From Sandaracinaceae bacterium (GTDB taxonomy: Bacteria > Myxococcota_A > Polyangia > Polyangiales > Sandaracinaceae): 36,963 nucleotides of DNA. The stretch is from positions 1 through 36,963 of the forward strand of contig JBGAQA010000067.1 in NCBI GenBank assembly GCA_044220955.1. Reading direction: 5' to 3'. This document shows positions 24,996 to 34,475 of the stretch, in pieces; positions within the stretch are counted from its first letter, which is position 1, and every line of letters starts with the position of its first letter. Made by a program: the position numbers and the translations under genes. The notes beneath the pieces are model-generated. The model saw only the letters and a list, made by a program, of their open reading frames with translations, made no database searches and had not been told where the DNA came from.

Positions 24996-25691
24996 ATGCC
25001 CATCGTGTCCTACGAGGCCCGCGGCGACGCTGCCCTCGTCCGCATGGACGACGGCAAGGCGAACGCGCTGAGCGAGGCGCTGATGGGCGAGCTCGACCTC
25101 GCGCTCGACCGCGCCGAGCGAGAAGCGAAGGCCGTGGTGCTGACGGGGCGGGCCGGGAAATTCTGCGCCGGCTTCGACCTGAAGACGATGATGGCGGGCG
25201 TCGATCAAGCCCGGGCGCTCGTGACGCGCGGGGCCGGGACGCTCATGCGGCTCTACCTGCACCCGCAGCCGCTCGTCATCGCTTGCAGCGGGCACGCGCT
25301 CGCGGGAGGCGCGCTCGTGCTCCTCACCGGGGACGTGCGGATCGCGGCCCGCGGCGCGTTCAAGATCGGCCTGAACGAGGTGCAGATCGGGATGCCCGTG
25401 CCGGTGCTCGCGATGGAGCTCGCGCGCGATCGCCTCGAGCCCCGCTTCCTCGTCCGCTCGACCCTGTTCTCGGAGGTCGTGGACCCGGACGCCGCGCTCT
25501 TCGCGGGGTTCGTCGACGAGGTCGTCGGTGAAGAGGAGCTGCTCGAGCGCGCGCTCGCGGAGGCGGGCCGGCTCTCGGCGCTCCCGCGGGACGCGTACGC
25601 GAAGACCAAGACGATTCTCCGGGAGAAGACCGTGAAGTACGTGCGCGACATGCTCGCGACGGACATGGCACGGCTCACTCCGCCGGGCTGA
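24996..25691 (+). CDS. Crotonase / enoyl-CoA hydratase family protein
   Basis: DDGKANAL, FCAGFDL, GHALAGG and IGLNEVQIG. Confidence 0.92.
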   Translation: MPIVSYEARGDAALVRMDDGKANALSEALMGELDLALDRAEREAKAVVLTGRAGKFCAGFDLKTMMAGVDQARALVTRGAGTLMRLYLHPQPLVIACSGHALAGGALVLLTGDVRIAARGAFKIGLNEVQIGMPVPVLAMELARDRLEPRFLVRSTLFSEVVDPDAALFAGFVDEVVGEEELLERALAEAGRLSALPRDAYAKTKTILREKTVKYVRDMLATDMARLTPPG

Positions 25692-27084
25692 TCGCGCTTC
25701 GGCGGAACCACGCGTACGCCGGTACACCGCTCGCCACGAGCGCGGTCCCGATCAGCGCCTCGGTGGGGGCGCCGACGAAGATGTAGACGGTGAAGAAGCC
25801 AGCGCCCGCGAGGAACACCAGAGGTGTCAGGGGGTAGAGGGGTACGCGATACGGCCGTGCCGCGAGGGGCCGCTCGCGGCGCAGGACGAGCACGCCCGCG
25901 ACGGTGAGGGCGTTGAAGACGAGGGACGCGAACGTCACGTACGTGAGCAGCGCGTCGTAGCTGCCGCTCAGGCAGAGCACGCAGCTCCAGGCCGCCTCGA
26001 GCCAGAGGGCGCGCGCGGGCGTGTGGAAGCGCGGGTGCACCGCCGCGACCGGCCGGAAGAAGAGTCCGTCGCGTGCCATCGCGTAGAGCACGCGCGCGCC
26101 GCCGAGGATGAGCCCGTTCACGCACCCGAACGTCGAGACGAGGATCGCGATCGCCACCGCGATCCGCCCGGGCGTGCCGAGCGCGATCGTGGCGACCTCG
26201 GCCGCGACGCGGTGCTCCTCGACGTCGGCGAGCGCGCTCATGGGGATCACGTACACGTACGCCGCGGTCGCGGCGGTGTACGCGAGCGTCGTCACCAGCG
26301 TCCCGAGGATCAGCGCTCGAGGCAGGGTCTTCTCCGGCTCGCGGACCTCCTCGGCGGCGAACGTGACCGTGTTCCACGCGTCGTACGCGAAGAGCGCCTT
26401 GCTCATCGCCACCCCGAGGGCCGCGAAGAACCCGAGGCCTGCCGCGCGGGCGACCGGGCCGAGCTCCGTGCTCGCGAGCGGTGCGAGGTTGCTCGGCGAT
26501 CCCCGGCCGAGCGCGAACGCGACCACCACGAGCACCAGGACCGCCACGACCTTGAGGACGGTCAAGACGTCCTGCACCAGAGCGCCCTCGCGCACGCCGC
26601 GCACGTTCACCAGCGTCAGGACGAGGATGACGGCGCAGCCGACGACGCCCGCCGAGCTGATCGAGAGCGGCCCCACCGAAAAGAGCACGTCCGCCTCTCC
26701 GACCGGCAGGCCCAGCACGCCCAGGTACTTCGCGAAGGCGATCGCGACCGCGGCGTTGAAGCCGGTCTGGATGACGAGGAAGAGCGTCCAGCCGTAGAGG
26801 AACGCCGCGGGGCGGCCGAACGCCTCTCGCAGGAACACGTACTGCCCGCCCGCGTGCGGCATCATCGCGGCGAGCTCCGCGTACGAGAGCGCGCCGACGA
26901 GCGTCAGGATCCCGCCGACGATCCAGAGGCCGAGCAGCACGCCGGGCGACGCGATCTGTCCGGCCATGATCGAAGGCGCGATGAAGATCCCCGAGCCGAT
27001 CATGGAGCCGACGATCAGCGTCGTCGCCGAGAAGGTGCCGAGGCGGCGCTCGAGCGCGGGCTCCCTGGGGGTCGGGGTCGTCAC
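25675..27084 (-). CDS. APC-family amino acid permease
   Basis: IVGSMIGSGIF, YAELAAMMPHAGGQYVFLREAFG, FAYDAWN, EEVREPEKTLPRA and many TM helices. GTG start at 27084. Confidence 0.93.
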   Translation of the reverse strand: MTTPTPREPALERRLGTFSATTLIVGSMIGSGIFIAPSIMAGQIASPGVLLGLWIVGGILTLVGALSYAELAAMMPHAGGQYVFLREAFGRPAAFLYGWTLFLVIQTGFNAAVAIAFAKYLGVLGLPVGEADVLFSVGPLSISSAGVVGCAVILVLTLVNVRGVREGALVQDVLTVLKVVAVLVLVVVAFALGRGSPSNLAPLASTELGPVARAAGLGFFAALGVAMSKALFAYDAWNTVTFAAEEVREPEKTLPRALILGTLVTTLAYTAATAAYVYVIPMSALADVEEHRVAAEVATIALGTPGRIAVAIAILVSTFGCVNGLILGGARVLYAMARDGLFFRPVAAVHPRFHTPARALWLEAAWSCVLCLSGSYDALLTYVTFASLVFNALTVAGVLVLRRERPLAARPYRVPLYPLTPLVFLAGAGFFTVYIFVGAPTEALIGTALVASGVPAYAWFRRSAISPAE

Positions 27085-27119
27085 GTCCTCGGCTCGGGCG
27101 ATCGCATCGTGTGCGCAGC

Positions 27120-27959
27120 TCAGCGAAGGACGAGCGGGGCGCCAGCCGCCGGACGCAGGCGCAGGGAGAACGTCGGCGCGCCGGTCTCGCGCACCTCGAG
27201 CAACGCGTGCTCTGCGTCGTAGAGCAGGAGCGGCGAGGGCGTGGAGTCGACGCCAGCACGCAGCCAGCGGAGCGGCAGCTCCGGGGTCCAGGGCAGACCC
27301 TCGTCGGAGACGCAGCGCACGTCGGGGGCCGGCTCGTTGTAGGGGAACACGCGCGCGTCGCCGCAGCGCACCTCCGCCGCGCAGAGGCCGCGACCGAGCG
27401 CGCGCAGCGTCAAGAGGCAGTCGGGGCCGAACGAGGCCGGCTGGAAGCCGGTCTGGCTCGTCACGTGCGCGGCCATCACGAGCGTTGGTCCCCCCGCACG
27501 CCGCGCCGCCAAGAGCGCGTGATCGAGCTCCTGGGCTTGCGCATCGTGCGCCTGGTCGATCTGGTCGAGCTCGCGGCGGGCGGCGTCGCGCTGCTGCCGG
27601 AGCTGCTCGAGCTCGCCCTCGCAGGTGCTCAGGTCGGCGTCCGTGCGCGCCTGGATCCGGACGCTCTCGCTGCGCCAGCGCGAGAACGCCTGGTAGCCCA
27701 CGTAGCCCAGCAAGAGCAGCGCGGCGGCGAGCACCGCCACCCACACCCGCAGGCGCTGGTTGCGCGCCATCCACGCGGGCGAGACCCCCCGGTCGAGCTG
27801 CGCCTTCTCGCCTGCGAGCGCGGCGAGGCGCTTGCGGAGGTCGTCCACCTCGGCGGCGCGCAGGTTGGACGCCTCGAGATCCTTCCTCGCGGCCTCGAGC
27901 TCGCGCTCGAGAACGTCGATGCGCTGCAGTCCTGCTTCGCGATCGTCACGGAAGCCCAC
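27120..27959 (-). CDS. Hypothetical single-pass membrane protein with coiled coils
   Basis: N-terminal coiled coil, a TM helix, a second coiled coil and a Cys-containing C-terminal domain. Confidence 0.7.
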   Translation of the reverse strand: MGFRDDREAGLQRIDVLERELEAARKDLEASNLRAAEVDDLRKRLAALAGEKAQLDRGVSPAWMARNQRLRVWVAVLAAALLLLGYVGYQAFSRWRSESVRIQARTDADLSTCEGELEQLRQQRDAARRELDQIDQAHDAQAQELDHALLAARRAGGPTLVMAAHVTSQTGFQPASFGPDCLLTLRALGRGLCAAEVRCGDARVFPYNEPAPDVRCVSDEGLPWTPELPLRWLRAGVDSTPSPLLLYDAEHALLEVRETGAPTFSLRLRPAAGAPLVLR

Positions 27960-28009
27960 GCATGGAGCCTAACAGGGGTGGCTCGATCTTTTTCGTGGCT
28001 CGTGTAGGA

Positions 28010-28795
28010 ATGCAGAGCGTGCTCAGGCTCCTCTTGCCCCCCTCGGTCGGCGTGGCGCGCGCGCGCGCGCGCGGGGAGCTGCTCGAGGCGTCGCTGTCGA
28101 TCGAGATGGGCGAAGAGGTCCTCGTCTCGGTCGCCGACGACTACGCAGCGATCGCCCGCGGCGTGCGCGAGGGCGCGGCAGAGATGGTCTGGGCTCCCGC
28201 CGCCGTCTGCGCCGACGTGGAGCAGGACGCGCGCGCGGTGTGGAAGACCGTGCGCGAGGGTCGCTCCGAGTACCGCTCGGCGCTGGTCGGGCGGGTCGAG
28301 GCGCGGCTCGCGCTCGAGCGGCTGATGGGCAAGCACGCGGCGTGGGTCGACGCCCTCTCGGTGGGCGGCTATCTGCTCGTCCGCCAGCACCTGCGCGAGC
28401 GCGGGATCGATCCCGAGGCGACGTTCGCATCGCAGCAGTTCGTCGGAACGCACCCGGCGGCGCTCGAGGCCGTCCTCGAGGAGCGCGCCGACGTCGCCGC
28501 CGTGTCGGTGCCCGGCCCGCACCCGGAGCACGTGACGCAGGCGCTGGCGCTCCACGCAGGCCGCGCGGGCGCGATGGGCCTCGCCGCCATCTGCGTCACC
28601 GATGCGGCTCCGAACGACGCGCTCGTGCTCACCAAGGCGCTCGATCCCGCTCGCGCGCAGGCGCTCATGGCGCGGGTCTTCCCGGCCGCGGGGCGCGGCA
28701 AGATCGCGGCGCTCTGCCTCGCCATGGAGTCCGAGGGGTTCGAGCGGGCCCACCCCGGCGAGTACGCCAGGCTCAGGGCGCTCTCGAAGCGCTGA
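28010..28795 (+). CDS. PhnD/SsuA-like substrate-binding-fold protein without a signal peptide
   Basis: YRSALV, AAWVDALSVGGYL, FVGTH.AALEAVLEERADVAA and PND motifs of the phosphonate-binding family. Confidence 0.75.
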   Translation: MQSVLRLLLPPSVGVARARARGELLEASLSIEMGEEVLVSVADDYAAIARGVREGAAEMVWAPAAVCADVEQDARAVWKTVREGRSEYRSALVGRVEARLALERLMGKHAAWVDALSVGGYLLVRQHLRERGIDPEATFASQQFVGTHPAALEAVLEERADVAAVSVPGPHPEHVTQALALHAGRAGAMGLAAICVTDAAPNDALVLTKALDPARAQALMARVFPAAGRGKIAALCLAMESEGFERAHPGEYARLRALSKR

Positions 28796-28812
28796 TCGGC
28801 GGGGCCGGCGGC

Positions 28813-29346
28813 TCAGCCGCGCGAGAGCGGCCAGCGGCCTCGGACGAGCCGCACGGTGATCACGTACGCCACGAGGGCGACGATCCACGCGACGCTCGGA
28901 TCGAGCCCGGCGGCGCGGCAGCCATACTGCGCGGCGAAGTAAGCGCCGAGCGTCACGGGGATCGTGGCGAGCTGGCGGAGCGCACCCTCGGCGCCCGAGG
29001 CGAACCTGTGTCCGGAGCGCTCGAGCGCGCTCCGCTGCTCGGGCGAGAGCACGTACCACGCTCGCTCGGGCGCGCCCGAGGTGCGCCGGCAGACGCGGCG
29101 CGGATCGCCCGCGCCGCCGAGCGCCTGGTTCGCGAGCGTGCTCAGGCGCAGCTCGATGCCCTCGCCCGCTCGGGCGGCGCTCGACCGTGCGAGCTGCGAG
29201 ACGAAGTCCCGATCTCGGGGCTCCGGCCGCCACGAGACACCCTGCTCGGCCAGGAACGCCGACCAGCGCCGCAGATCGTCGTCGGCGGACGCGGCCGACC
29301 ACGCGGCGGTGAAGGAGGGGAGCGCGGCGAGATCGACGTCGGTCAT
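28813..29346 (-). CDS. Hypothetical protein with C-terminal hydrophobic segments
   Basis: The ORF fills the gap between neighbours on the same strand as the EamA gene and has two C-terminal hydrophobic stretches. Confidence 0.55.
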   Translation of the reverse strand: MTDVDLAALPSFTAAWSAASADDDLRRWSAFLAEQGVSWRPEPRDRDFVSQLARSSAARAGEGIELRLSTLANQALGGAGDPRRVCRRTSGAPERAWYVLSPEQRSALERSGHRFASGAEGALRQLATIPVTLGAYFAAQYGCRAAGLDPSVAWIVALVAYVITVRLVRGRWPLSRG

Positions 29347-29376
29347 GGCAATGGCGGGCAGGATGTCAGGTTCCCG

Positions 29377-30246
29377 TCACTTCGCCCGCTCGCCGGCGAC
29401 GAGCGCCCCGCCGCCCGCGACCATCAGCGCGCCCACGATCGCGAGAGGGCCGAGGGGCTCGCCGAACACGGCCCATCCGAGCGTGCACGCGACGAGCGGC
29501 TCGAAGAGCGCGAGCACGGCGGTCCGGGCCGCGCCGAGGATGCGCAGGCCGTGCACGAACGCCAGTCCGGCGATCACGCCGGGCAGGACGACCGCGGCGC
29601 CGAGCGGGACGAGGTCGCGCGCCTCGACGTCGAAGATCGCTCGGCCCGCGAGCGGCAGCACCAGCAAGGCGGCGATCGCCGAGTGGTAGCCCATCGCCCT
29701 CACCGCGCCGATTCGCTCCACGAGGCGGCCGAGCATGAACACGCACGTCGCGTACGCGACGGCGCTCGTCAGCCCGAGCGCTGCGCCGAGCAGCACGTCG
29801 CCGGTGCGTGCTTCGGGCCTCCATGGCTCGAGCACCAGCGCGAGGCCGCCGAACGCGAGCAGTGCCGCGGGGATCGCGCGAGGCGCGCGCGAGCCGTCGA
29901 CGAAGGGCGCGGCGATCGCGACGAGCACGGGCGCGACCGAGTGCGTGAGCACCGCCACGGCGACGCTCGTCGTGCTCATCGCCGAGAAGAAGGTCGTGAC
30001 GTTCGTCGCGTTGCATGCGGCATACGCGAGGAGCCACAGGACGCTCGCCCGGTCCCAGCGCGGCCTCACCGGATCGCGGCCGAGCAGCGGGAGCGACGCG
30101 AGGAACACGCCGACGAGGAGCAGCGGTGCGGTCACGGTGCCGGGCAGCCCGGTCGGACGCAGGAACACGCTCCACGAGCCCCAGGACGCGGCCGCGAGCA
30201 GCACCCCCAGCACGCCCGAGAGCCGTGACCTGAGAAACGCGGTCAC
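29377..30246 (-). CDS. DMT/EamA family transporter
   Basis: About ten TM helices in two repeats; GAARTAVLALFEPLVA and FGEPL. Confidence 0.9.
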   Translation of the reverse strand: MTAFLRSRLSGVLGVLLAAASWGSWSVFLRPTGLPGTVTAPLLLVGVFLASLPLLGRDPVRPRWDRASVLWLLAYAACNATNVTTFFSAMSTTSVAVAVLTHSVAPVLVAIAAPFVDGSRAPRAIPAALLAFGGLALVLEPWRPEARTGDVLLGAALGLTSAVAYATCVFMLGRLVERIGAVRAMGYHSAIAALLVLPLAGRAIFDVEARDLVPLGAAVVLPGVIAGLAFVHGLRILGAARTAVLALFEPLVACTLGWAVFGEPLGPLAIVGALMVAGGGALVAGERAK

Positions 30247-30265
30247 GGAGTGGGGGGCGTGGGCG

Positions 30266-30991
30266 TCACGCGGGCGCGCCTTCCTCGAGGCTCGCGAGAT
30301 CCACGCCCTCGAGCGGGTCTGCGTCGCATGCCACGACGTCCGCCTCGAGCTGCGTCCCGAAGTGCCCGAGCCAGCGCTCGATCACCTCGTCCATCGTCGG
30401 GGGCGCGTCGAGCTCCACGGCGAGCGACGTGACGCCCTTGTCCGCGATCCCGCACGGCACGATCAGCCCGAAGTGGGCCAGGTTCGTCCGCACGTTGAAC
30501 GCCAGGCCGTGCATCGTGACCCAGCGGCTGATGCGGACGCCGATGGCGCCGATCTTCCGGTCGCCGAGCTCCGTCGAGCGCAGCCACGTCCCGTTCAGCC
30601 CGGCGATGCGCTCGGCCGCCAGCCCGTAGCTCGCCGCCAGCCCGATCATCGTCTCCTCGAGGTCGCGGACGTAGCGGCGCACGTCCTGGCGGTCGGGGGC
30701 CAGATCGAGGATCGGGTAGCACACCATCTGTCCCGGCCCGTGGTAGGTCACGTCGCCGCCGCGGCCGACCTCGTGGACCTCGACGCCGCGCGCGCGGAGC
30801 CCCTCGCGCGGAACGCGGAGGTTGTCCTCCTTCGCGCCGCGCCCGAGCGTCACGACCGGCGGGTGCTCGAGCACCAGCAGCGTGTCGGGCACGAGGCCCC
30901 GCTGGCGCGCGGCGACCAGGCGCTCCTGGAGCGCGTGGGCCTCCGGGTAGCGCACGGTGCCCAGCCGAAACGTGTGCACGCGCCGTCGCAT
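30266..30991 (-). CDS. lipB: Lipoyl(octanoyl) transferase
   Basis: LEHPPVVTLG, RGGDVTYHGPGQMVCYPI, KIGAIG, TMHGLAFN and IVPCGI. Confidence 0.96.
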   Translation of the reverse strand: MRRRVHTFRLGTVRYPEAHALQERLVAARQRGLVPDTLLVLEHPPVVTLGRGAKEDNLRVPREGLRARGVEVHEVGRGGDVTYHGPGQMVCYPILDLAPDRQDVRRYVRDLEETMIGLAASYGLAAERIAGLNGTWLRSTELGDRKIGAIGVRISRWVTMHGLAFNVRTNLAHFGLIVPCGIADKGVTSLAVELDAPPTMDEVIERWLGHFGTQLEADVVACDADPLEGVDLASLEEGAPA

Positions 30992-31021
30992 CCAGGCACA
31001 ACTACCCCATCGCGACGCGCC

Positions 31022-31037
31022 AGGCACGGGGGTTGCT
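31022..31037 (+). promoter_or_regulatory. Putative sigma54 promoter of the Cys-rich lipoprotein gene
   Basis: AGGCACG-GGGG-TTGCT, near consensus with exact spacing, 22 nt upstream of the ATG at 31060. A GAGAGG SD lies between them. Confidence 0.7.
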
Positions 31038-31059
31038 GACGCTCGGCCGAGAGGCTCCG

Positions 31060-32004
31060 ATGGCACACCTTCGCGCACTGCTCGTCTCGTCGCTCGTCGT
31101 CCAAGCCATGATCGCGGCCGGCTGCAGCGAGGCGCACAGCCCCCTCACCGACGCCGGCTCCGCTGGCGGCGACGGCGCCGCCGACGCCTGGAGCGCGCCG
31201 GACGGCCAGACGGTCGACGCCTGGGTGCCCGGCCCCGTCGACGCCTGGGTGCCCGGCCCCGTCGACGCGCACGTCACCCCCGCCTCGTGCACGGCCGACG
31301 ACGCGCAGCCGATGGTTTGCCCGTCCGCGATCTGCGACGGTCTCGACTCCTACGCATGGGACGGTGAGCGCTGCACCCGGATCGACTGCGGCACCTGCAT
31401 GGGCGCCGACTGCGGCCACCTCCCGACCTCGCAGGCCGCGTGCGAGGCCGCCCACGCGTCCTGCGTCCCCCAGATGTGCCGCGCGACCGGCGGCCAGTGG
31501 CTGTTCTGGGCACAGGAGTGCCACCACTACCAGTGCGGCCTGCCGCTGCCCTCGGAGTGCCTGGTCGGGATGCCGGTCTGCAACTGCGGCGCTCACCGCA
31601 GCTTCGACGTCGCGCGCGGCGGCTGCTTCGACGACGACAGCTGCCCGGAGGTCGACCCGCTCCCGCCGCAGACGCTCTGCGAGTCCACCGGCGGCACCTG
31701 GTCGCGCGGGATCTGCTGCAACACGCGCTGCGGGCAGTTCTGTGACCTCGACTGCGCCGCCGACGCGTGCGCGTGCGGTCCGCTCCAGGTCTTCGACGCC
31801 CTCCGCGGGTGCGTCGACGACGCGGAGTGCCACGTCCACACCGTCGGACAGGAGTGCGACGCGCAGGTGCGCTGCCAGGACGGCCTGCTCTGCTGCCAGC
31901 ACTGCGGCGGGGCGGGGTGCAGTCCGACGATGAATTGCCAGGCTCCGCTCTGCGACTCGGATCCCTTCGTCGACGTGTGCGGGAACAACCTGCTCGCGCC
32001 CTGA
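31060..32004 (+). CDS. Cys-rich lipoprotein
   Basis: Signal peptide with lipobox AAGC, a low-complexity linker, then a very Cys-rich region with two C..TGG.W repeats. Confidence 0.8.
   Translation: MAHLRALLVSSLVVQAMIAAGCSEAHSPLTDAGSAGGDGAADAWSAPDGQTVDAWVPGPVDAWVPGPVDAHVTPASCTADDAQPMVCPSAICDGLDSYAWDGERCTRIDCGTCMGADCGHLPTSQAACEAAHASCVPQMCRATGGQWLFWAQECHHYQCGLPLPSECLVGMPVCNCGAHRSFDVARGGCFDDDSCPEVDPLPPQTLCESTGGTWSRGICCNTRCGQFCDLDCAADACACGPLQVFDALRGCVDDAECHVHTVGQECDAQVRCQDGLLCCQHCGGAGCSPTMNCQAPLCDSDPFVDVCGNNLLAP
31213..31268 (+). repeat. Perfect 24-bp in-frame tandem duplication (VDAWVPGP x2)
   Basis: GTCGACGCCTGGGTGCCCGGCCCC at 31213 and 31237, plus a partial third copy. Confidence 0.9.
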
Positions 32005-32088
32005 CGACCCGGCCCGGAGGCGGGGGCGATGCGAGGCCCGTGTGCGCTAGGTCATCTCGCGGCGCTGCGGCGCGCGTAGAGCCCGTGT

Positions 32089-33462
32089 GTGCCGCATACC
32101 GTCTTCGAGCCCTTCCGCATCAAGAGCGTCGAGCCCATCCGGGTGACCACGCGCGCCGAGCGTGAGTCGCTCCTCGCCGTCGCCCGCTTCAACCCGTTCC
32201 GCCTGCACTCGGACGACGTCGTCCTCGATTTCCTCACGGACTCGGGCACGGGGGCGATGAGCGCGCGGCAGTGGGGTGCCGTGATGGTCGGCGACGAGAG
32301 CTACGCGGGCTCGCCGTCCTACTTCAGGCTCGAGAAGGTCGTCCGCGATCTCACCGGCTACAACCACCTCATCCCGACGCACCAGGGCCGCGCCGCCGAG
32401 CACATCCTCTTCCACGTCGCGGCCAAGCCGGGCGACGTCATCCCCTCGAACACGCACTTCGACACGACGCGTGCGAACCTCGAGGTCCGCGGCTGCGAGG
32501 CTCTGGACCTGCCGACGGCGGTCGCGCTCGAGCCGCGCAGCCCGCATCCCTTCAAGGGCAACGTCGACCTCGCGCGCGTCGAGGCGCTGCTCGCGCGCGA
32601 CGCGGCGCGCGTGCCCTTCGGGATGGTCACGATCACCAACAACTCGGGCGGTGGGCAGCCGGCGAGCCTCGAGAACGTGCGCGCCTACAAGGCGCTGCTC
32701 GCGCGCCATGGCAAGCCGCTGATCATCGACGCGTGCCGCTTCGCCGAGAACGCGATGTTCGTGAAGATGCGCGAGCCGGGGCAGGGCGAGCGGAGCGTTC
32801 GCGAGATCGCGCAGGAGATGTTCGCCCTGGGCGACGGATGCACCATGAGCGCCAAGAAGGACGGCATGGTGAACATCGGCGGCTTCCTCGCGCTCAACGA
32901 CGACGCCTGGGCGGAGCGCGCGCGCCAGATGCTCGTGCTGACCGAGGGCTTCCCGACGTACGGCGGCCTCGCGGGGCGCGATCTCGAGGCGCTGGCCGTC
33001 GGGCTCGAGGAGGTGCTCGACGAGGCGTACCTGCGCTACCGGCTGCGGACGGCCGAGTTCCTCGGCGAGCGCCTGCGCGCGGCCGGCGTGGCGATCATGG
33101 AGCCGACGGGCGGCCACGCGGTCTACCTCGACGCGCGCTCGTTTCTGCCGCACGTGCCGCGGGAGCAGTACCCGGCTTGGGCGCTCTCGTGCGCGCTCTA
33201 CCTCGAGGGCGGGATCCGCGGCGTCGAGATCGGCTCGGTCATGTTCGGCAAGCGCCTGCCCGACGGGACGGAGACGTACGCGCCGCTCGAGCTGGTGCGC
33301 CTGGCGTTCCCGCGCCGCGTCTACACGCAGAGCCACTTCGAGTACGCCGCGGAGGTCATCGCCGAGCTGAAGGCGAAGGCGAGCGACGTCCCGGGCGTGC
33401 GCATCGTCGAGCAGGCGGCACACCTGCGGCACTTCACCGCGGCGCTCGAGCCGGTGGCCTGA
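32089..33462 (+). CDS. tnaA: Tryptophanase (beta-eliminating lyase, PLP-dependent)
   Basis: EPFRIKSVE, LTDSGT, THQGR, HFDTT, PLP-lysine motif SAKKD and C-terminal LRHFT. These are tryptophanase-type residues, versus SGKKD and LRFFT in tyrosine phenol-lyase. Confidence 0.88.
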   Translation: MPHTVFEPFRIKSVEPIRVTTRAERESLLAVARFNPFRLHSDDVVLDFLTDSGTGAMSARQWGAVMVGDESYAGSPSYFRLEKVVRDLTGYNHLIPTHQGRAAEHILFHVAAKPGDVIPSNTHFDTTRANLEVRGCEALDLPTAVALEPRSPHPFKGNVDLARVEALLARDAARVPFGMVTITNNSGGGQPASLENVRAYKALLARHGKPLIIDACRFAENAMFVKMREPGQGERSVREIAQEMFALGDGCTMSAKKDGMVNIGGFLALNDDAWAERARQMLVLTEGFPTYGGLAGRDLEALAVGLEEVLDEAYLRYRLRTAEFLGERLRAAGVAIMEPTGGHAVYLDARSFLPHVPREQYPAWALSCALYLEGGIRGVEIGSVMFGKRLPDGTETYAPLELVRLAFPRRVYTQSHFEYAAEVIAELKAKASDVPGVRIVEQAAHLRHFTAALEPVA

Positions 33463-33490
33463 GCGAGCGGGAGCGTGGGCTGCCCCTGAT

Positions 33491-34468
33491 TCAGGGCTGG
33501 CAGCTCGAGCGCCGGAACGTGTACGCCGCGTCCACGTCTCGACCCCCGTCGTTGTTCAGCGTGTGCAGCTGATCATGCTCGACGTCGAACGTGCCCGAGA
33601 AGTGGTCGGGGTTGTACCCGAACACCGGCGAGGCGCACTCCACGTGCGCGACGTGGTGCTCCTGCGCTCCGAAGTCGAAGCTCTCGCCGTGCACGCTGCC
33701 GTGCGCCCGCATCTCGACGGTGTAGTCCCAGCCCTCGGGCGAGCACGGCGGCGGGCGCGTATCGGACGGGAGGCCGCGCCACATGCGCGTCCGGATCGTG
33801 CCCGTGAGGTGGTCTCCCTCGCGCCGGATGCTCAGCGTGAAGCGCGCCCAGTCGCGGAACTCCGGCGAGTAGCGGTGGGCGGTCCAGGTGCCCGCCAAGG
33901 GATCGGGGCAGCGCGAGGCGGCCTCGAGGATCGCGACGTCGCCCAGCGCCGAGCCCCCGAGCGCGCCGCCGACGCTCCCCGCGAGCAGCGCGCGGATCCG
34001 CGCGTCGTCGCGTCCCCCGAGCCGTCCGGAGTCGGTGGCCCTGTCGCCAGTGCCCGCCGCCTCGATGGCGGCCGCTGTCCCGCTCGGGGTCTCGGCGACG
34101 CTCGGGGCGAGCGAAGCGACCGGCTCGGCGCCGTCCGGCTCGGGCGGGAGCACCCGGCTCGCGGGGCGCGTCGTCGGCGCCGCCTGCGCGCGCGTCGCCG
34201 CGGTCGGCGGCGTCGGGTCCGGCTCGGGCACGCCGATCGCCGGATGCGGGGTCTCCGCCTCCCGCCCCTCTACCGTCACCTCGAAGGTCGCGCCGCCGCC
34301 GCCCTCACGCCCGTCCTCGCCGCGAGACGGCAGCGCGTGCGCCCCGAACGTCAGGCGCCACGCGAGCGCCAGGTGCACGAAGCTCGAGAGCGCGAGCGCC
34401 CACGAGAGGGACACCCGCGCCGAGATCGGCCGCGTCCTCGCGAGCGGCGGAAGGACGCTCAGATCCAT
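33491..34468 (-). CDS. Hypothetical membrane-anchored protein with a TonB-like N-terminus
   Basis: TM helix with SxxxH (ALSSFVHLAL), a Pro/Ala-rich linker and a C-terminal beta-rich domain with four Cys. Confidence 0.65.
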   Translation of the reverse strand: MDLSVLPPLARTRPISARVSLSWALALSSFVHLALAWRLTFGAHALPSRGEDGREGGGGATFEVTVEGREAETPHPAIGVPEPDPTPPTAATRAQAAPTTRPASRVLPPEPDGAEPVASLAPSVAETPSGTAAAIEAAGTGDRATDSGRLGGRDDARIRALLAGSVGGALGGSALGDVAILEAASRCPDPLAGTWTAHRYSPEFRDWARFTLSIRREGDHLTGTIRTRMWRGLPSDTRPPPCSPEGWDYTVEMRAHGSVHGESFDFGAQEHHVAHVECASPVFGYNPDHFSGTFDVEHDQLHTLNNDGGRDVDAAYTFRRSSCQP

Positions 34469-34475
34469 CGTGCGA

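Noticed and set aside
32089..33462. Tyrosine phenol-lyase
   Set aside because: SAKKD, FDTT and LRHFT are tryptophanase-type residues.
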